64,000 nucleotides of DNA from Rebecca billardiae RCC1528 (lineage: Eukaryota; Protista; Haptophyta). The position numbers and the translations under genes were made by a program. Of this stretch, positions 46,607 through 57,299 are shown one piece after another. The notes under the pieces are model-generated. The model made no database searches. It had not been told where the DNA came from and saw only the letters and a list, made by a program, of their open reading frames with translations. Positions within the stretch are counted from its first letter, which is position 1. Every line of letters starts with the position of its first letter. Location of the stretch: assembly GCA_965240325.2 (NCBI GenBank), contig OZ251225.1:1116001-1180000 (forward strand), read 5' to 3'.

Positions 46607-47390
46607 GCGGCGGCGTCGGCGGCGGCGACGGCTCGTTCAGCAGGCACTTCTTATCCGGGTCCGTGGACTCCCACGCCTCCTGCTGGTAGCGCGAACACTT
46701 GCTGAGTTTGATGAGCTGCGTGGCCGAGCAGCAGACGGAAAGGCTGCGCTGGCCGAACACCGGCGCGTTGTCGTCGTCCCCCTCCGACGCTCTGATCTTG
46801 ATGTACACGATGTCGCCCGGGAGGATCTCCTTGCCTGTCCCGCCGAGCTCGCCGAACGCACCGGCCTCCTTAATGGGATCTACGCCTGCTCCCGAGGCGC
46901 TGAACTCGCAATAGCTGTAATCCAAAGTGTAGAAGTCCGCATCACTGTAGAAGTCCGTTGAAGCGAGGTCGCAGCCCGCCCTGTCGAGCCACATACCGAC
47001 GTCCTCGCGCTCGTTGTCAAAGTCTGCGCGCGTGCACGCAACATCGCGGTGGCCGCCGAGCGCTGCTCAGCGCACAGCGCTGGGCGCGCGCGTCCTTTGC
47101 GGCCGGCGGACCGAAAGATTCGCGCGGGGTCGCGAGCGCGTGCGCACACCGACGGCTTCGTCGAGGGTGTTGACCGCGAGCCAGACCGGCTGATTGAGGT
47201 TGTTCTCGAATTTGAAGATGTAGTAGCCGTCTGCGTCAGGTGTGAAACCGAGCAGGGCGGCTCCCCCCTCGGTCGTGCCGCAGTTGATGTCCACAACCGT
47301 GGTGCCCGCCGGAGGTACGCAAAAGCCCAGCGCGAGCGCGATCTGCGCCACTGCGCAGAACGCGAAGAGCCGTCCCTTGCTGCCCCCCAT
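46008..47390 (-). CDS. Secreted Cys-containing protein with an extensin-like Ser-Pro(n) stalk; exons 47390-47150, 47023-46263, 46097-46008
   Basis: Signal-peptide-like N-terminus (RLFAFCAVAQIALALG), globular Cys/acidic domain, then ~110 aa of alternating SP3 and SP7 units; two GT-AG introns give an in-frame end ...DDFVPVNQD*. Confidence 0.85.
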
Positions 47391-47924
47391 CGTCGCGCAC
47401 GTCCCCACTCACTCCCCGCGTTGGACCTCACGAGCACGTCGCACGCGGTCTGTCACCCGCCCTGCTTGCGCCCTGGCACCAACTCAGGAGCTGCCTGCTC
47501 AAGCTTTCGGCACCGTGGTCTGCAGGCGCGCGCGGCGGCGATGCCCACGGCCCACCCACCACCAGCGCGCCCTGTTTTGGCGAATAGGCAACATGCCCGC
47601 ATTGCATGCATGGGCTCACTTAGTTCCATATCTAGTCTCGCGCCGCGATCAAGATCTGCGCAGAATAACAGGCGCGAGCGGCGAGCCCGCCTCGTCAGCG
47701 TGGTCCGGTGTGCCTGTACAAACAGTTACGACCAACACGGCCCTTGGACCAACCGTACCCCCATACGAGCGAGGCCCGGTAATTTGATATAATACGATGA
47801 CGATTCGGGATTTCGGCGGAGGCGCACCGATCACGACATGCACATAATTGAGTGATGATATGCCGAGTCCGGCGAGTCCGGACCGGGAGTGGTCCGGTGG
47901 GCCGCGCCAAAACTCAAGCGGCAT

Positions 47925-48955
47925 AATGGCGACCGGGGAAATGGCGGGCGGAAAAGAAAAGAGTATAATAAAGCAGGAAAGAAAACGAAACTCGCCTCGC
48001 AGAAAAACCGCTTCGCTCACTGGCCGAGTAGGTAGGTGGATCGCGCTTCAGCAGCTCAAGGCCGCGTTCACTCGCCATTTGATCGCGGTTGACTTCGTGT
48101 CGACGATCGGGCACTGCCGACGACGAATCAGGAGACCTGCGCCGTCCTACCTGTGTCGTTATATCATAGAATGAGTAGGCGAGTACCGGGCGCCCTCGCA
48201 GCTCTCACTGGGGACGCTCGGCCCGGAAAACGGGTTGCGTCATGGCGCGGAGCGCGTGGGCGGCGCGCGCCAGATCCAACGCCGGCGCGGACATCGCGCA
48301 AGCACTCCCGAGGGGGGGTTCCGCCCATTCGCGATTGCTCCCCTCGTCGTCTCGCGTGCAGGTCGAACAAGGGCCAAAATCGACCAGCTTCGTGAGGTAC
48401 AGTAGGCGCTCGGCGCATCGCCACAATCGTGTGACCTGGGGCGATCCTCGCCAGATTTGCACGGCGAGCGCTCGCACTGGCCACACCATCAGGCGCTGCG
48501 CGCGACAGTCACCTCGCTCGATGCACCGCCGCGCGTCGGGCTCGGTGCGGAAAGGGCGAAAGGCCCTCATCACGAGGTGTCTCGCGGGCGGGAAGCGCCA
48601 TCGCGCGCGACGCAAGATTTGGCGCGGCCTTCTGAACTCGATCGCCGGAATCCGCGCACCGGACCGTCGCTCGCGGTCCCACGTCCGGCGTGCTGGCGTC
48701 GACGAGACCAATACGACGGAAACGCAGCGCCAAACGGCGTACGACGCGCAGCGGACGCACCTCCCGGGTCTGTCGCCGTGGCAGCAACCGCGTCTTCACG
48801 AGTCGGCGACCCTCGCCGCAGCGCGAAACGGACAAGCCCGTGATGCCATCCGCAGAGAGACGAAACGTCGCCAGGTCCATGGCGCGGCGCTGCGGGACGA
48901 GGCGGACGTCGTCAAGCTGGTGACGGATGCGCGACGGTGGCTTGAGCGAGGCGGC
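47925..48955 (+). mobile_element. Degenerate copy of the hairpin-ended repeat family (left inverted arm)
   Basis: Collinear with the reverse complement of ~52720-53690; carries a ~160-bp insertion at ~48022-48184; translation ETQRQTAYDAQRTHLPGLSPW matches EAQREAAYEAHRTHLPVLPPW of the other arm. Confidence 0.75.
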
Positions 48956-49448
48956 GGTCGTGCGCAGCCCGTGATACCATGGCCAGTGCAAGCGCTCGCC
49001 GCAGTGCAAGTCTCCTAACTGTAAGTACAGCTCTGAGCTCGGGCGGGTGGCGGCGGCCGGTCCGCGCCGGCTACTCCTGCTCGCCCTCGCCACCATCGGC
49101 CTCGCCCTCGCCCTTATGCGGCTGTGTGCCGCCCTGCGCCTCCGCCCGTCCACCCTCCCCGGCTCCGCCGCCGCGCGCGCCGCCGCCGCCTGCGCCGCCT
49201 ACGCCGCGACTCCTATCTAGACGCTCACGCGTGATTACACAGTCACTGTCTAGTTGTAACCGCGTCATATGAGTCTCAGACTCAGTACGGCAGTACGGCA
49301 CGCGTGAGTCGTAACGTATGGTCCCGGCGGTTTTCGCTGACGCTGGTATGGTAGCATGGTAGCTACGCGCCTTCTCGGGGCCCGCGGACCGACGATGCCG
49401 TGGACCAGGTCAGGCACGGTGTGCCGCCCGCGACCCTGCCATACTAGT

Positions 49449-49542
49449 AGTGTGTGTGTGTTTGTGTGTCGGTCTGTGTGTGTGTGTGTGTGTGTGTGTG
49501 TACGCGTGTGTGTGTAGTGTGTGTCACTGTGTGTGTGTGTGT
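49449..49542. repeat. Imperfect (GT)n microsatellite
   Basis: Seen directly in the sequence. Confidence 0.92.
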
Positions 49543-49676
49543 CGTGTTCGGTAGTAGTGCGTGGCACCCGCGGCGCGGGCTCCACGCTGCGCGCTCCGCC
49601 GGCCTGCCCTGCGGGCCGTGATGAGTCACGCGACTCGGGTGCTCGACGAGTGACTGGCTAGGCGCGGCGCCGTGAG

Positions 49677-52106
49677 TCACCACTCGATGTTGTTGGCCAC
49701 GTTCTGGTAGCGGTCGTACAGAGTCGTCGACCACGCAGCAAGGCTGTCGTCGACGAGCCTGTTGGTGCGCTCGCAAACGACGTCGTCGGGCACGTTGAGC
49801 ATCAGCCGCGCGCGCATCGAGTGCAGGACAGCCTCGTCGCCGTGCTGCAGGCACGGCAGCAACTTCCACGCAAGCGGACCTCCCCTGCGGCATAGCGCCA
49901 GCGCAGCCTCGGTCACAGCAAGCAGCCTTGGCGCATGCCGCCGCAGGGCGAGCATCCCAACGGCGCAGAGCGATCGGAAGCGCTGGACCATCGGCGCTTC
50001 AGCGCCTCCCATCAGGTCGATCCACTCAGCTGTCAGCTTGAACGGCGCCTTCTCGACGGCAAACGACCCGCCGGGCGCGAGCCCGAGGATGAAGCCAAAG
50101 TCGACATGCACAATGGCGCCGGTGCTGGTGAGGAGGATATTCCCGTTGTGTCGGTCCTTCACCTGCAGCACGTAGGAGGCGACCGCATTCGCGGCGAGCG
50201 AGCAGGCGAAGTTGTCCACGGCCTGCGCGTACGGTGGCCGCCTCGCTCCGGCCGTGCCGATCGGGTCGCCGTCGCCGTCCGCCGAGCCCTCGCCATAGCA
50301 CGCTCGAAAGTGGTCGCGCAGGCTCGCCGAGCCCAGCCTGCGCTTGAGCTCGTGCAGCGACGGTGCGTCCGGGATCACTTCGACGAAGCCGGCTGTGGGC
50401 GAGACGGCGCGCACCTCGTACGTGCGCAGCCGCAGCGGCGTGCGCTCGAGCTCAAAGATGGCACGCACCTCCCCCAGCAGCTGCTGCGCGAGCTGCTCGA
50501 GCAGCATGTTGGCGTTGCTCTTGATCAGCATGGGGACGACCGCCCAGCCGGGGACGTGCGAATACGGCGAGCTCGATGCGACGACGTGACGCACCTCGGC
50601 CCACGACCGAGCGGTCATGTCGATGTCGGCCTCGACGCTGCTCGGGCACGCCGGCGACTGGGTTCCGCGCTGCACGTCGGCCGTTCGCTGCTGCGGCCGC
50701 AGCGGGTCCGTCGCCGCCTCGCGCACTCGCAACGACTCGACGTGCGCCTGCAACGCAGCGAGCTGCGCCGCTTGCCACTCCGGTTGGGCACGAGCGCACT
50801 CGGTCGGGCTGGCCACGAGGGGGGGCTCGCGAGGCGCGTCCACGCCGGTGGCCTCGGGCGCGTCGCCACCGTCGGCGTCGCGCAGTTGTGACGCACCTCG
50901 GCAGTCCGCACGCAGCGGCGCGCACACCGCCAGCCGCACAGTCACGGCTGCGGCGCCGCTCGCCACGAGCTGCAGGGCGACCGAGGCGCCATGCCGGGGC
51001 TGTTCGGGCGCGGTGCTGGCGGCGGCAGCGCAGGCGGGCGACATCGTAACCACCACACGCTCCGCACTGCTCGCGCGCATCGCCAACCGCACCGGGCGCG
51101 CCGCGCGTGTGCCGCCGCCGCAGACGGCTGTTTCGCTCGGCAGCGCGCAGTCGGCACCGCCCGCGCTGCCCACAGCGCCTCGCGGCGAGCTGGCATCGCG
51201 CGTCGCGTCGGGCCTCGCGTCGAGGCCCAGTGCGACCTCCTCCCACGACGGCTCGTGCACGAGCGCCGTCTCTGCACGCGGCGGCGCGGCGCCCGCCTCC
51301 TCCGACCCAGCCGGCTTCACCGCAGCCCCAGCGGGCAGCTGCAGCAGCGCGCTCCCGTCCGCCGAGCCGTCCACGTGCAGCACCTCGAGCAGCAGCAGCA
51401 CGACGCAGCGCTCGCGGGTGGAGATCACCTTGACCGCGTTGAGGGGCGCGCGCACGACCACGTACGGCCGCTTCGCGAGCATGTGCGTCGGTAGCACCAG
51501 CTGCGCCGGCAGCGTGGACGCGCACGACGCGCCGATCAGCGCCTTGGCCAGCGAGTGCCTCAGCTCTGGCTTGTTCGCACGCAGCGTCTCGGGCACGCTG
51601 GCGAGGGAGTCGAGGAAGCGCGCCTGCAGATCGAGGAGCTCGGCTCGGCGGAGCTTGTGCTCCGCACTCGCGTACGTGGCGCCGCGCTGCTGGTTGATGA
51701 ACGTGTGCTCGACGGCGCGGAGCAGCCGCAGCTGCGACTCCGCAGCGCCTTGCGCCTGGCCATCGTCGGCAGGCAGCCATCCGCACGACCGCACGGCCCA
51801 GGTGGCGGCGCAGGCGAGCTTCAGATGGTTGACGTGCATGAACAGGAGCGCCTCCATCGCGGCGGGGCGATCGCACCAAAGCACGCACCACGCGACCAGC
51901 AGCAGCTGCCGCGAAAGCCAGTGCGGCTTGCCCAACGCGTACAACTCGACGGCGGGGGAGAGCACGAAGTTGTTGCCGTCGTCGGCCGCGCGGCGGATGG
52001 ATTCGAGGAGCATAGTCGTTGCTGATGGCTCGTCGAGGAACACCGACGCGTCCTCGGCCGCGCTCGGTGCCGGCGGCCGTCGCGCGTCCTGCGCGTCGTC
52101 GAGCAT
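49677..52106 (-). CDS. Phosphatidylinositol 4-kinase, type III beta-like, divergent and intronless (809 aa)
   Basis: Motifs STRERC..LLLEV, SW.EV....SSPYSHVPGW, SYVLQVKDRHNGNILL, HVDFGF, EKAPFKLT and C-terminal TTLYDRYQ. Confidence 0.9.
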   Translation of the reverse strand: MLDDAQDARRPPAPSAAEDASVFLDEPSATTMLLESIRRAADDGNNFVLSPAVELYALGKPHWLSRQLLLVAWCVLWCDRPAAMEALLFMHVNHLKLACAATWAVRSCGWLPADDGQAQGAAESQLRLLRAVEHTFINQQRGATYASAEHKLRRAELLDLQARFLDSLASVPETLRANKPELRHSLAKALIGASCASTLPAQLVLPTHMLAKRPYVVVRAPLNAVKVISTRERCVVLLLLEVLHVDGSADGSALLQLPAGAAVKPAGSEEAGAAPPRAETALVHEPSWEEVALGLDARPDATRDASSPRGAVGSAGGADCALPSETAVCGGGTRAARPVRLAMRASSAERVVVTMSPACAAAASTAPEQPRHGASVALQLVASGAAAVTVRLAVCAPLRADCRGASQLRDADGGDAPEATGVDAPREPPLVASPTECARAQPEWQAAQLAALQAHVESLRVREAATDPLRPQQRTADVQRGTQSPACPSSVEADIDMTARSWAEVRHVVASSSPYSHVPGWAVVPMLIKSNANMLLEQLAQQLLGEVRAIFELERTPLRLRTYEVRAVSPTAGFVEVIPDAPSLHELKRRLGSASLRDHFRACYGEGSADGDGDPIGTAGARRPPYAQAVDNFACSLAANAVASYVLQVKDRHNGNILLTSTGAIVHVDFGFILGLAPGGSFAVEKAPFKLTAEWIDLMGGAEAPMVQRFRSLCAVGMLALRRHAPRLLAVTEAALALCRRGGPLAWKLLPCLQHGDEAVLHSMRARLMLNVPDDVVCERTNRLVDDSLAAWSTTLYDRYQNVANNIEW

Positions 52107-52329
52107 GGCGGGCGGTGGCGGCCGCGATTCCTCACGGTGGCAGGAAATAAAACTCTGCCCTGGCGGGCGGGGGGGTCGGCGGGCCGTGCCAGTGCTGTCG
52201 CAATATTTCCCCAGCGGGTTCGCGTCTTTTATTTAGCGGTTTGACGGGCAGGATGACGAATAACAATGCGACACACGTAGATGATGGTGAGCTACCTGAC
52301 TCACTGACGAATAATAACGCGACAGATGA

Positions 52330-53694
52330 CTCTGGTGCGAGCTCACCGACAGTGTGCGTACGCGCTGCATGTGCCGCATCTCGACCGCGATGACGTAGTC
52401 GAGCGCCTCGCCGCCGACGAATCCGCCAGAGGAGATTGTGAGCATCTCCTCGTGCTGCCAGCTGAGATCGTGTGTCGCGAGGATGCCAATGTCCGCTCCG
52501 CCGGCACGATGGGCTCGGCGAAGGTCGCGTCGGCGTCGTGCACGGCCGCCACGCTGCGCAACAGCGCGTCCAGGTCCAAGCGCTCGTCGGCGCTCGCCGC
52601 TCCGCGCGACAGGTCCGGCACTCGCACGTTCGGCGGTATCAGGAGCTCTCGGTGGTGCGCGCGCGCGCAGTGCGAGAGCGTGTGCCACTCGCGATCGAGG
52701 GTGGGCACGCGCTGTTCGAGCAGGCACAGGAAGCGCAGCGCATGCGCCACTGGCTTCACGACGTTGGCCTCGTCCCGCAGCGACCGTGCCATGGACAAGG
52801 ATGGTGCGGCGATCTTGCACGCGCGAGATCGGTTATAGCGCGCTGTCGCCTCAGTCGCCGACTCGCGAAGACGCGATTCCGGCCACGGCGGCAGAACCGG
52901 CAGGTGCGTGCGGTGCGCCTCGTACGCCGCTTCGCGCTGCGCCTCCGTCGCACTGGCCACCGTCGACGCCATGCAGGCTGGACGTGGGCCCTCAGGCGCC
53001 GAGCGATCTTTGGTCGCGAGCTCGCGAGCGTGAAAGATGATCGCTCGCTCTGGAAAACCACCGATCGTAGCAAACGGATTTGCATGCGCCCGACCTTGCC
53101 AACCGGGGCACGCGACAGTCCGGTGTGTGGATTCCGGCGATCGAGTTCAGAAGGCCGCGCCAAAGCTTGCGTCGCGTGCGATGGCGCTTCCCGCCCGCGA
53201 GACGCCTCGTGATGAATGCGTTTCCGCACCGAGCCCGACGCGCGACGGTGGATCGCGCGAGGCGGCCATCGTGCGCAGCGCATGATGCTATGGCCGGTGC
53301 GAGCTTTCGACGTGCACGTCGGGCGAGGATCGCCCCAGGTCGCACGATCGTGTCGACGCGCCGAGCGTACCGCTCCAAACGCGTCGATTCAGCCCCCGTT
53401 CGACCTGCACGCGAGACGACGAGGGCAGCAATCGCGAATCGGGCGAAAACACGTCTCGGGAATCATCGCGCGATGTCCGCGCCGGCGTTGGATTCGGCGC
53501 GCGCCGCCCATGCGCTCCGCGCCATGGCCAAGATGGTTTTCAGCCGAGCGTCCCCAGTGGGAGCTGCGAGGGCGCCCGGTAGTGAGCGAAGCGGCGACGA
53601 TTTTCTTTTCTCTGCGAGGCGATTTTCTTTTTCCTTTTTCTTTTTCTTATCTTTTTCCCGGGCACTACAAGGGGCGGACCTACGGCCCGCCATA
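52330..53694 (-). mobile_element. Longest copy of the hairpin-ended repeat family (right inverted arm), with a frameshifted ORF remnant at 52972-~52340
   Basis: Homologous to 47925-48955 and 32013-32135; terminal hairpin GGCGGACC-TAC-GGCCCGCC at 53673-53691; A-rich subterminal tract. Confidence 0.7.
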
Positions 53695-53722
53695 AGCAGG
53701 CAGTTCCACGAAGATGGGGGTA

Positions 53723-53780
53723 GCGGGCGTCAATCTCGCCTGCCTGAGCTGTGTGCGTCTCTTATTCTTAGTAAACTGTA
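53723..53780 (-). mobile_element. Solo TIR of the Tc1/mariner-like MITE family
   Basis: Exact reverse complement of the TIR plus GATTGACGCCCGC, followed by TA. Confidence 0.8.
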
Positions 53781-53840
53781 CAGTTTCTATGTTCTAACGT
53801 GCACACTTGGTTAAGACCGCCCTTGGTTAAGGCGTGATTG

Positions 53841-54409
53841 TACAGTTTACTAAGAATAAGAGACGCACACAGCTCAGGCAGGCGACAGTCGTTTACTAAG
53901 AATAAGAGACGCACACAGCTCAGGCAGGCGAGATTGTCAAATCATAGAATGAGTAGAATGAGTGTACGACAGTTTCATCAGTTTACTGCTGCACCGCCCA
54001 TGAAGCCAGCCATCCGCCTGCGAGGCCTGGATGAGGGCTGCGGTCACCTCGTCGTCCTCGCCCGTCGTCCTCGCCCCACCGCCGTCCACAAAACGTCGTC
54101 GTCTGAACTCTCCGACTGGGTGCCGATGCGACAGCGCGCCGACAGGATGAGGATGTGGTAACTGGTATGGAAACCGCGAACCGGCGCGCGCGCCCGCGAC
54201 GCGAGGCGTCCTCTGCTCCGCGGTACATAGAAGAAGGGGACTAGTTCCAAAGTGCTTCCTTGGACCCCTTGCACGAATGCATGCATGGAGGCGTCGGCAC
54301 CACAACTGAGACAGCGAGAGCTTAGATAGTGATGACGTGCACTAGCTATTGCACTACTGTAATGTCGACTGCCTGAGCTGTGTGCGTCTCGTATTCTTAG
54401 TAAACTGTA
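53841..54409. mobile_element. Tc1/mariner-like MITE (~565 bp) with a doubled left TIR
   Basis: TA|CAGTTTACTAAG... at 53841, a second TIR copy at 53891, and an inverted TIR ...CTTAGTAAACTG|TA ending at 54409; no transposase. Confidence 0.8.
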
Positions 54410-55539
54410 ATACTACTCTATCACTGTACATAGCTGCACTGCAAGCCTAGTCAACTAACAGCTGGCGACGCCACTGAATTCTGAAATGATCAGACTTACG
54501 TGAGTCTTGAGACTCCGATAATTAAGGCTTAGGCTACCATCACCCACTGCCCGACGTGACGGCGACGGCGTGCGCCCGGCAGCGCCAGTTGATGGGCAGC
54601 TGTATACGGTATATTAAGTTCCGGCGGCCCAAGGCCCAGCCCCCGGCCGGGGCGACCAGGTTTGGCCCCGCGATTCGCGACGGCATGCCGGCGGTGGCGC
54701 CGGACTGGCTGCAGTCCCACTCAGGGCCCGGGGCGGCCCCAAGCGAAGAGAGGGCGGAGCGGGTAGCGGCGCTGTGTGGCCGCCCAGGCGCCGCCATGAC
54801 GTGAGCCGCGTGAGGCGCGGGCTCCCATCCGGTACCGTGGCACTACTGACGGTGGTGATGACCGAGCGGGGTGTGATCTACATACGAATTCTACCGGATG
54901 CTAACCGGATCACGCGGAGTCAGAACACAGTGCCATCTGATTCTGAAGACTGGCATAGAATAGCACCTATTCTGCTTAGCCTACTCTAATAATTGTTATT
55001 TAACACAATTAGCAGACAAGTCTGTTCACGTGGGTGCACGCTCACGCTGAGTGACGACGACGCTGTCAGGCCTCGGCTAGTAGTCTTAGTGTAGCACGCG
55101 ACGTCACCGATCGTCAGTCCATCAATCAGCGTACGGTCTACGCCAAAGTAAGCTAGTCCGAGCTAGTAAAGACTTATATATGACTAGCAGATTTGATGGC
55201 ACGCTTCGGACTTCGCGGTTACAACACTATAGCTAACACTACGATATTAAACACGCGGGCCCGGGTCTGACAGTGACACGGCACGGCACTGGCCGACTCG
55301 GCGACTGGCGCTGCTGTGCAGCCGCCAGCTGCGAAACGGCCGCCGGGCCTCCGTGCGCAGTAGTATGAGAGGCTCCGTCAGATTCGTCAACGAGACTGCC
55401 GTACATGATGCTGCCACTAGCTAAAGTCTACGACGTGCATCTGACTCTGAGTCGGTAAGCAATAAGCATGAAGCCAGTGGCGCTGACCATGCATGTATGA
55501 ACATGATGCGGCGCAGTAGGTGTTGATTGAGGAGAGCCG

Positions 55540-56037
55540 TCAGGCTTCGCTCGGCAAAACATGGTAGAAGTGGTACAGGCCGTCGTGAACATCTTGTACG
55601 CCGACATCTGTGCCACATGCATCGCACGAGACGCGGTAATACTCGTCGCTCTCCGCGCCGCCCTCGGTTGTGAAGCCATCGGCGTCGCGACTTGCTCGTG
55701 GGTCACGCAGCCGCTCCTCCGAGTGCACCTTCACATTGTCTGCAAGTGGAGCACGATACTGATGGCGATAGTGGACGTGGCGCTGGCTGCCAAATGAGCA
55801 CACCGTCTGGAAGCACCCTGGGCATGACAAGATGGCATCTGTTTTGATCTCCGCGACAGCAGCGATGGAGATGCCGAGCGCCTCCGCGCGCAGACGGCTG
55901 AGCTCCTCGAGGTCTTGCGCGTCGCCCTGTGGGTCATAGTGGTCTTCAAACTCGTCCTCACCTACCGAGCCGAGCGCGTCCGAGGAGTCATCTTCGTTGC
56001 ACCCTCCACCCCACATCAGACCGCCGACTGCCGCCAT
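55540..56037 (-). CDS. EAPP: E2F-associated phosphoprotein-like
   Basis: Motifs YDP..D..D, TDAILSCPGCF..VC...QRH..Y..QYRA and YYRVSCDACGTDVGV.D..G.YHFYHVLPS (Eapp_C pattern). Confidence 0.9.
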   Translation of the reverse strand: MAAVGGLMWGGGCNEDDSSDALGSVGEDEFEDHYDPQGDAQDLEELSRLRAEALGISIAAVAEIKTDAILSCPGCFQTVCSFGSQRHVHYRHQYRAPLADNVKVHSEERLRDPRASRDADGFTTEGGAESDEYYRVSCDACGTDVGVQDVHDGLYHFYHVLPSEA

Positions 56038-56162
56038 CGTCAAGCCGTCCGCGCAAGCAGGGAGCGAAGATTCGAATACTGTAAGAACGATTCGGAGTCC
56101 ACGAGGTGGTGGTGAGCTTGGGGGCGCGCGCCCACGCGATCATCGATGGCGCCGCGAGAGCC

Positions 56163-57299
56163 ATGATGAACGACGAGCTCGCCCGCCTGCTCGCCGCCGG
56201 CGACGTCGATGCCTTGCGCAGTGCGCTCAAGCAACAGCAGGCGCGTGAGCAGGACGCTGTGCCCGCGAACGATGGCCCGGAGCTGCCGCAGCCGCCGCGT
56301 GCGACCATTCAGACCGAAGCAGCGATTGTTCCGGAGCTCATTGCGCTGCGCAAGCGGCACGCGGTGCACTTCCGACTGCTCCTTCCAGCAGATGCCGACG
56401 ACTTGGCCGTGGGTGCACGTGAATACCATCTGGTCGACTCGCGCGTCATGGGCAAAATCTGCTGGCCGGCAGCAGAGGCACTCGCCGCGCATGTCCTGAC
56501 CACGGCCTCGCGTTGGCAGCTCCCGGCGCCGGCTGTTTTCCTGGAGCTGGCCGCGGGCTGCGCACTGCCCAGCCTTGTGGCAGCGAAGATGCGCGTTTTC
56601 TCCCGCGTGGTTACGACAGATGTCACCGCCGAGCGCGTGGCCATCGCCGCGCACAACGCCGAGCTCAACGGCGTCGCCCTTGAGGCCCGCGAGCTCGAGT
56701 TCGCGGACTGCGAGAAGCTCGTGCAGCTTGCCCTGCGCAGCTCGAGCCACGCGGAGGGGGGCGCGCGCAGCTTCGTGGTATGCGCGGCGGACGTGCACTA
56801 CAACCCGACATCTCTCGAAGACTTCTTCGCCGCCGGCGCTGCCCTCGTGCAGCGCGCCACAGCGCGCGATGACCTGTCGGACCCTCTCGAATGCCGGCTC
56901 GTGCTGGCTCGATCCTCAACCTTCGCACACAACGATGAGCATATGTGGGCGGCCGCGCGCGCGAACCGTTTCGATGCCGTGTCCACGACAGAATACGGAG
57001 CAGCCGGCGTCCTCCATTCCGCGAGTGCGACGCTCTTCGAGCCCAACAATGACGAGAGCGTGCACATCTTCACCTTTGCGCCCCAGGATGCTCCAGAAGC
57101 GGCTGCACCAGAGGCCGCCCCTGCACGCGCGCAAGAGGCGCAGGGTGCGGAGGCTCCATCGAGCGCGCCAGATCCAGAGGCAGCTAGTGCCGTCTCTCGC
57201 TTCCCGGGGGTGGATGAAGCGGCTACTCTGATGGCGGGGGCATCCCTGGAGCAGCAGCTGCACCCGCATCAATCCTCCAGCACTCTCCCTTACGCGTGA
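56163..57299 (+). CDS. Family-16 (METTL21/23-like) protein methyltransferase
   Basis: Motifs G.ICWPAAEALA, FLELAAGCALPSL, VVTTD, N..LN and AADVHY (DxxY). Confidence 0.82.
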   Translation: MMNDELARLLAAGDVDALRSALKQQQAREQDAVPANDGPELPQPPRATIQTEAAIVPELIALRKRHAVHFRLLLPADADDLAVGAREYHLVDSRVMGKICWPAAEALAAHVLTTASRWQLPAPAVFLELAAGCALPSLVAAKMRVFSRVVTTDVTAERVAIAAHNAELNGVALEARELEFADCEKLVQLALRSSSHAEGGARSFVVCAADVHYNPTSLEDFFAAGAALVQRATARDDLSDPLECRLVLARSSTFAHNDEHMWAAARANRFDAVSTTEYGAAGVLHSASATLFEPNNDESVHIFTFAPQDAPEAAAPEAAPARAQEAQGAEAPSSAPDPEAASAVSRFPGVDEAATLMAGASLEQQLHPHQSSSTLPYA

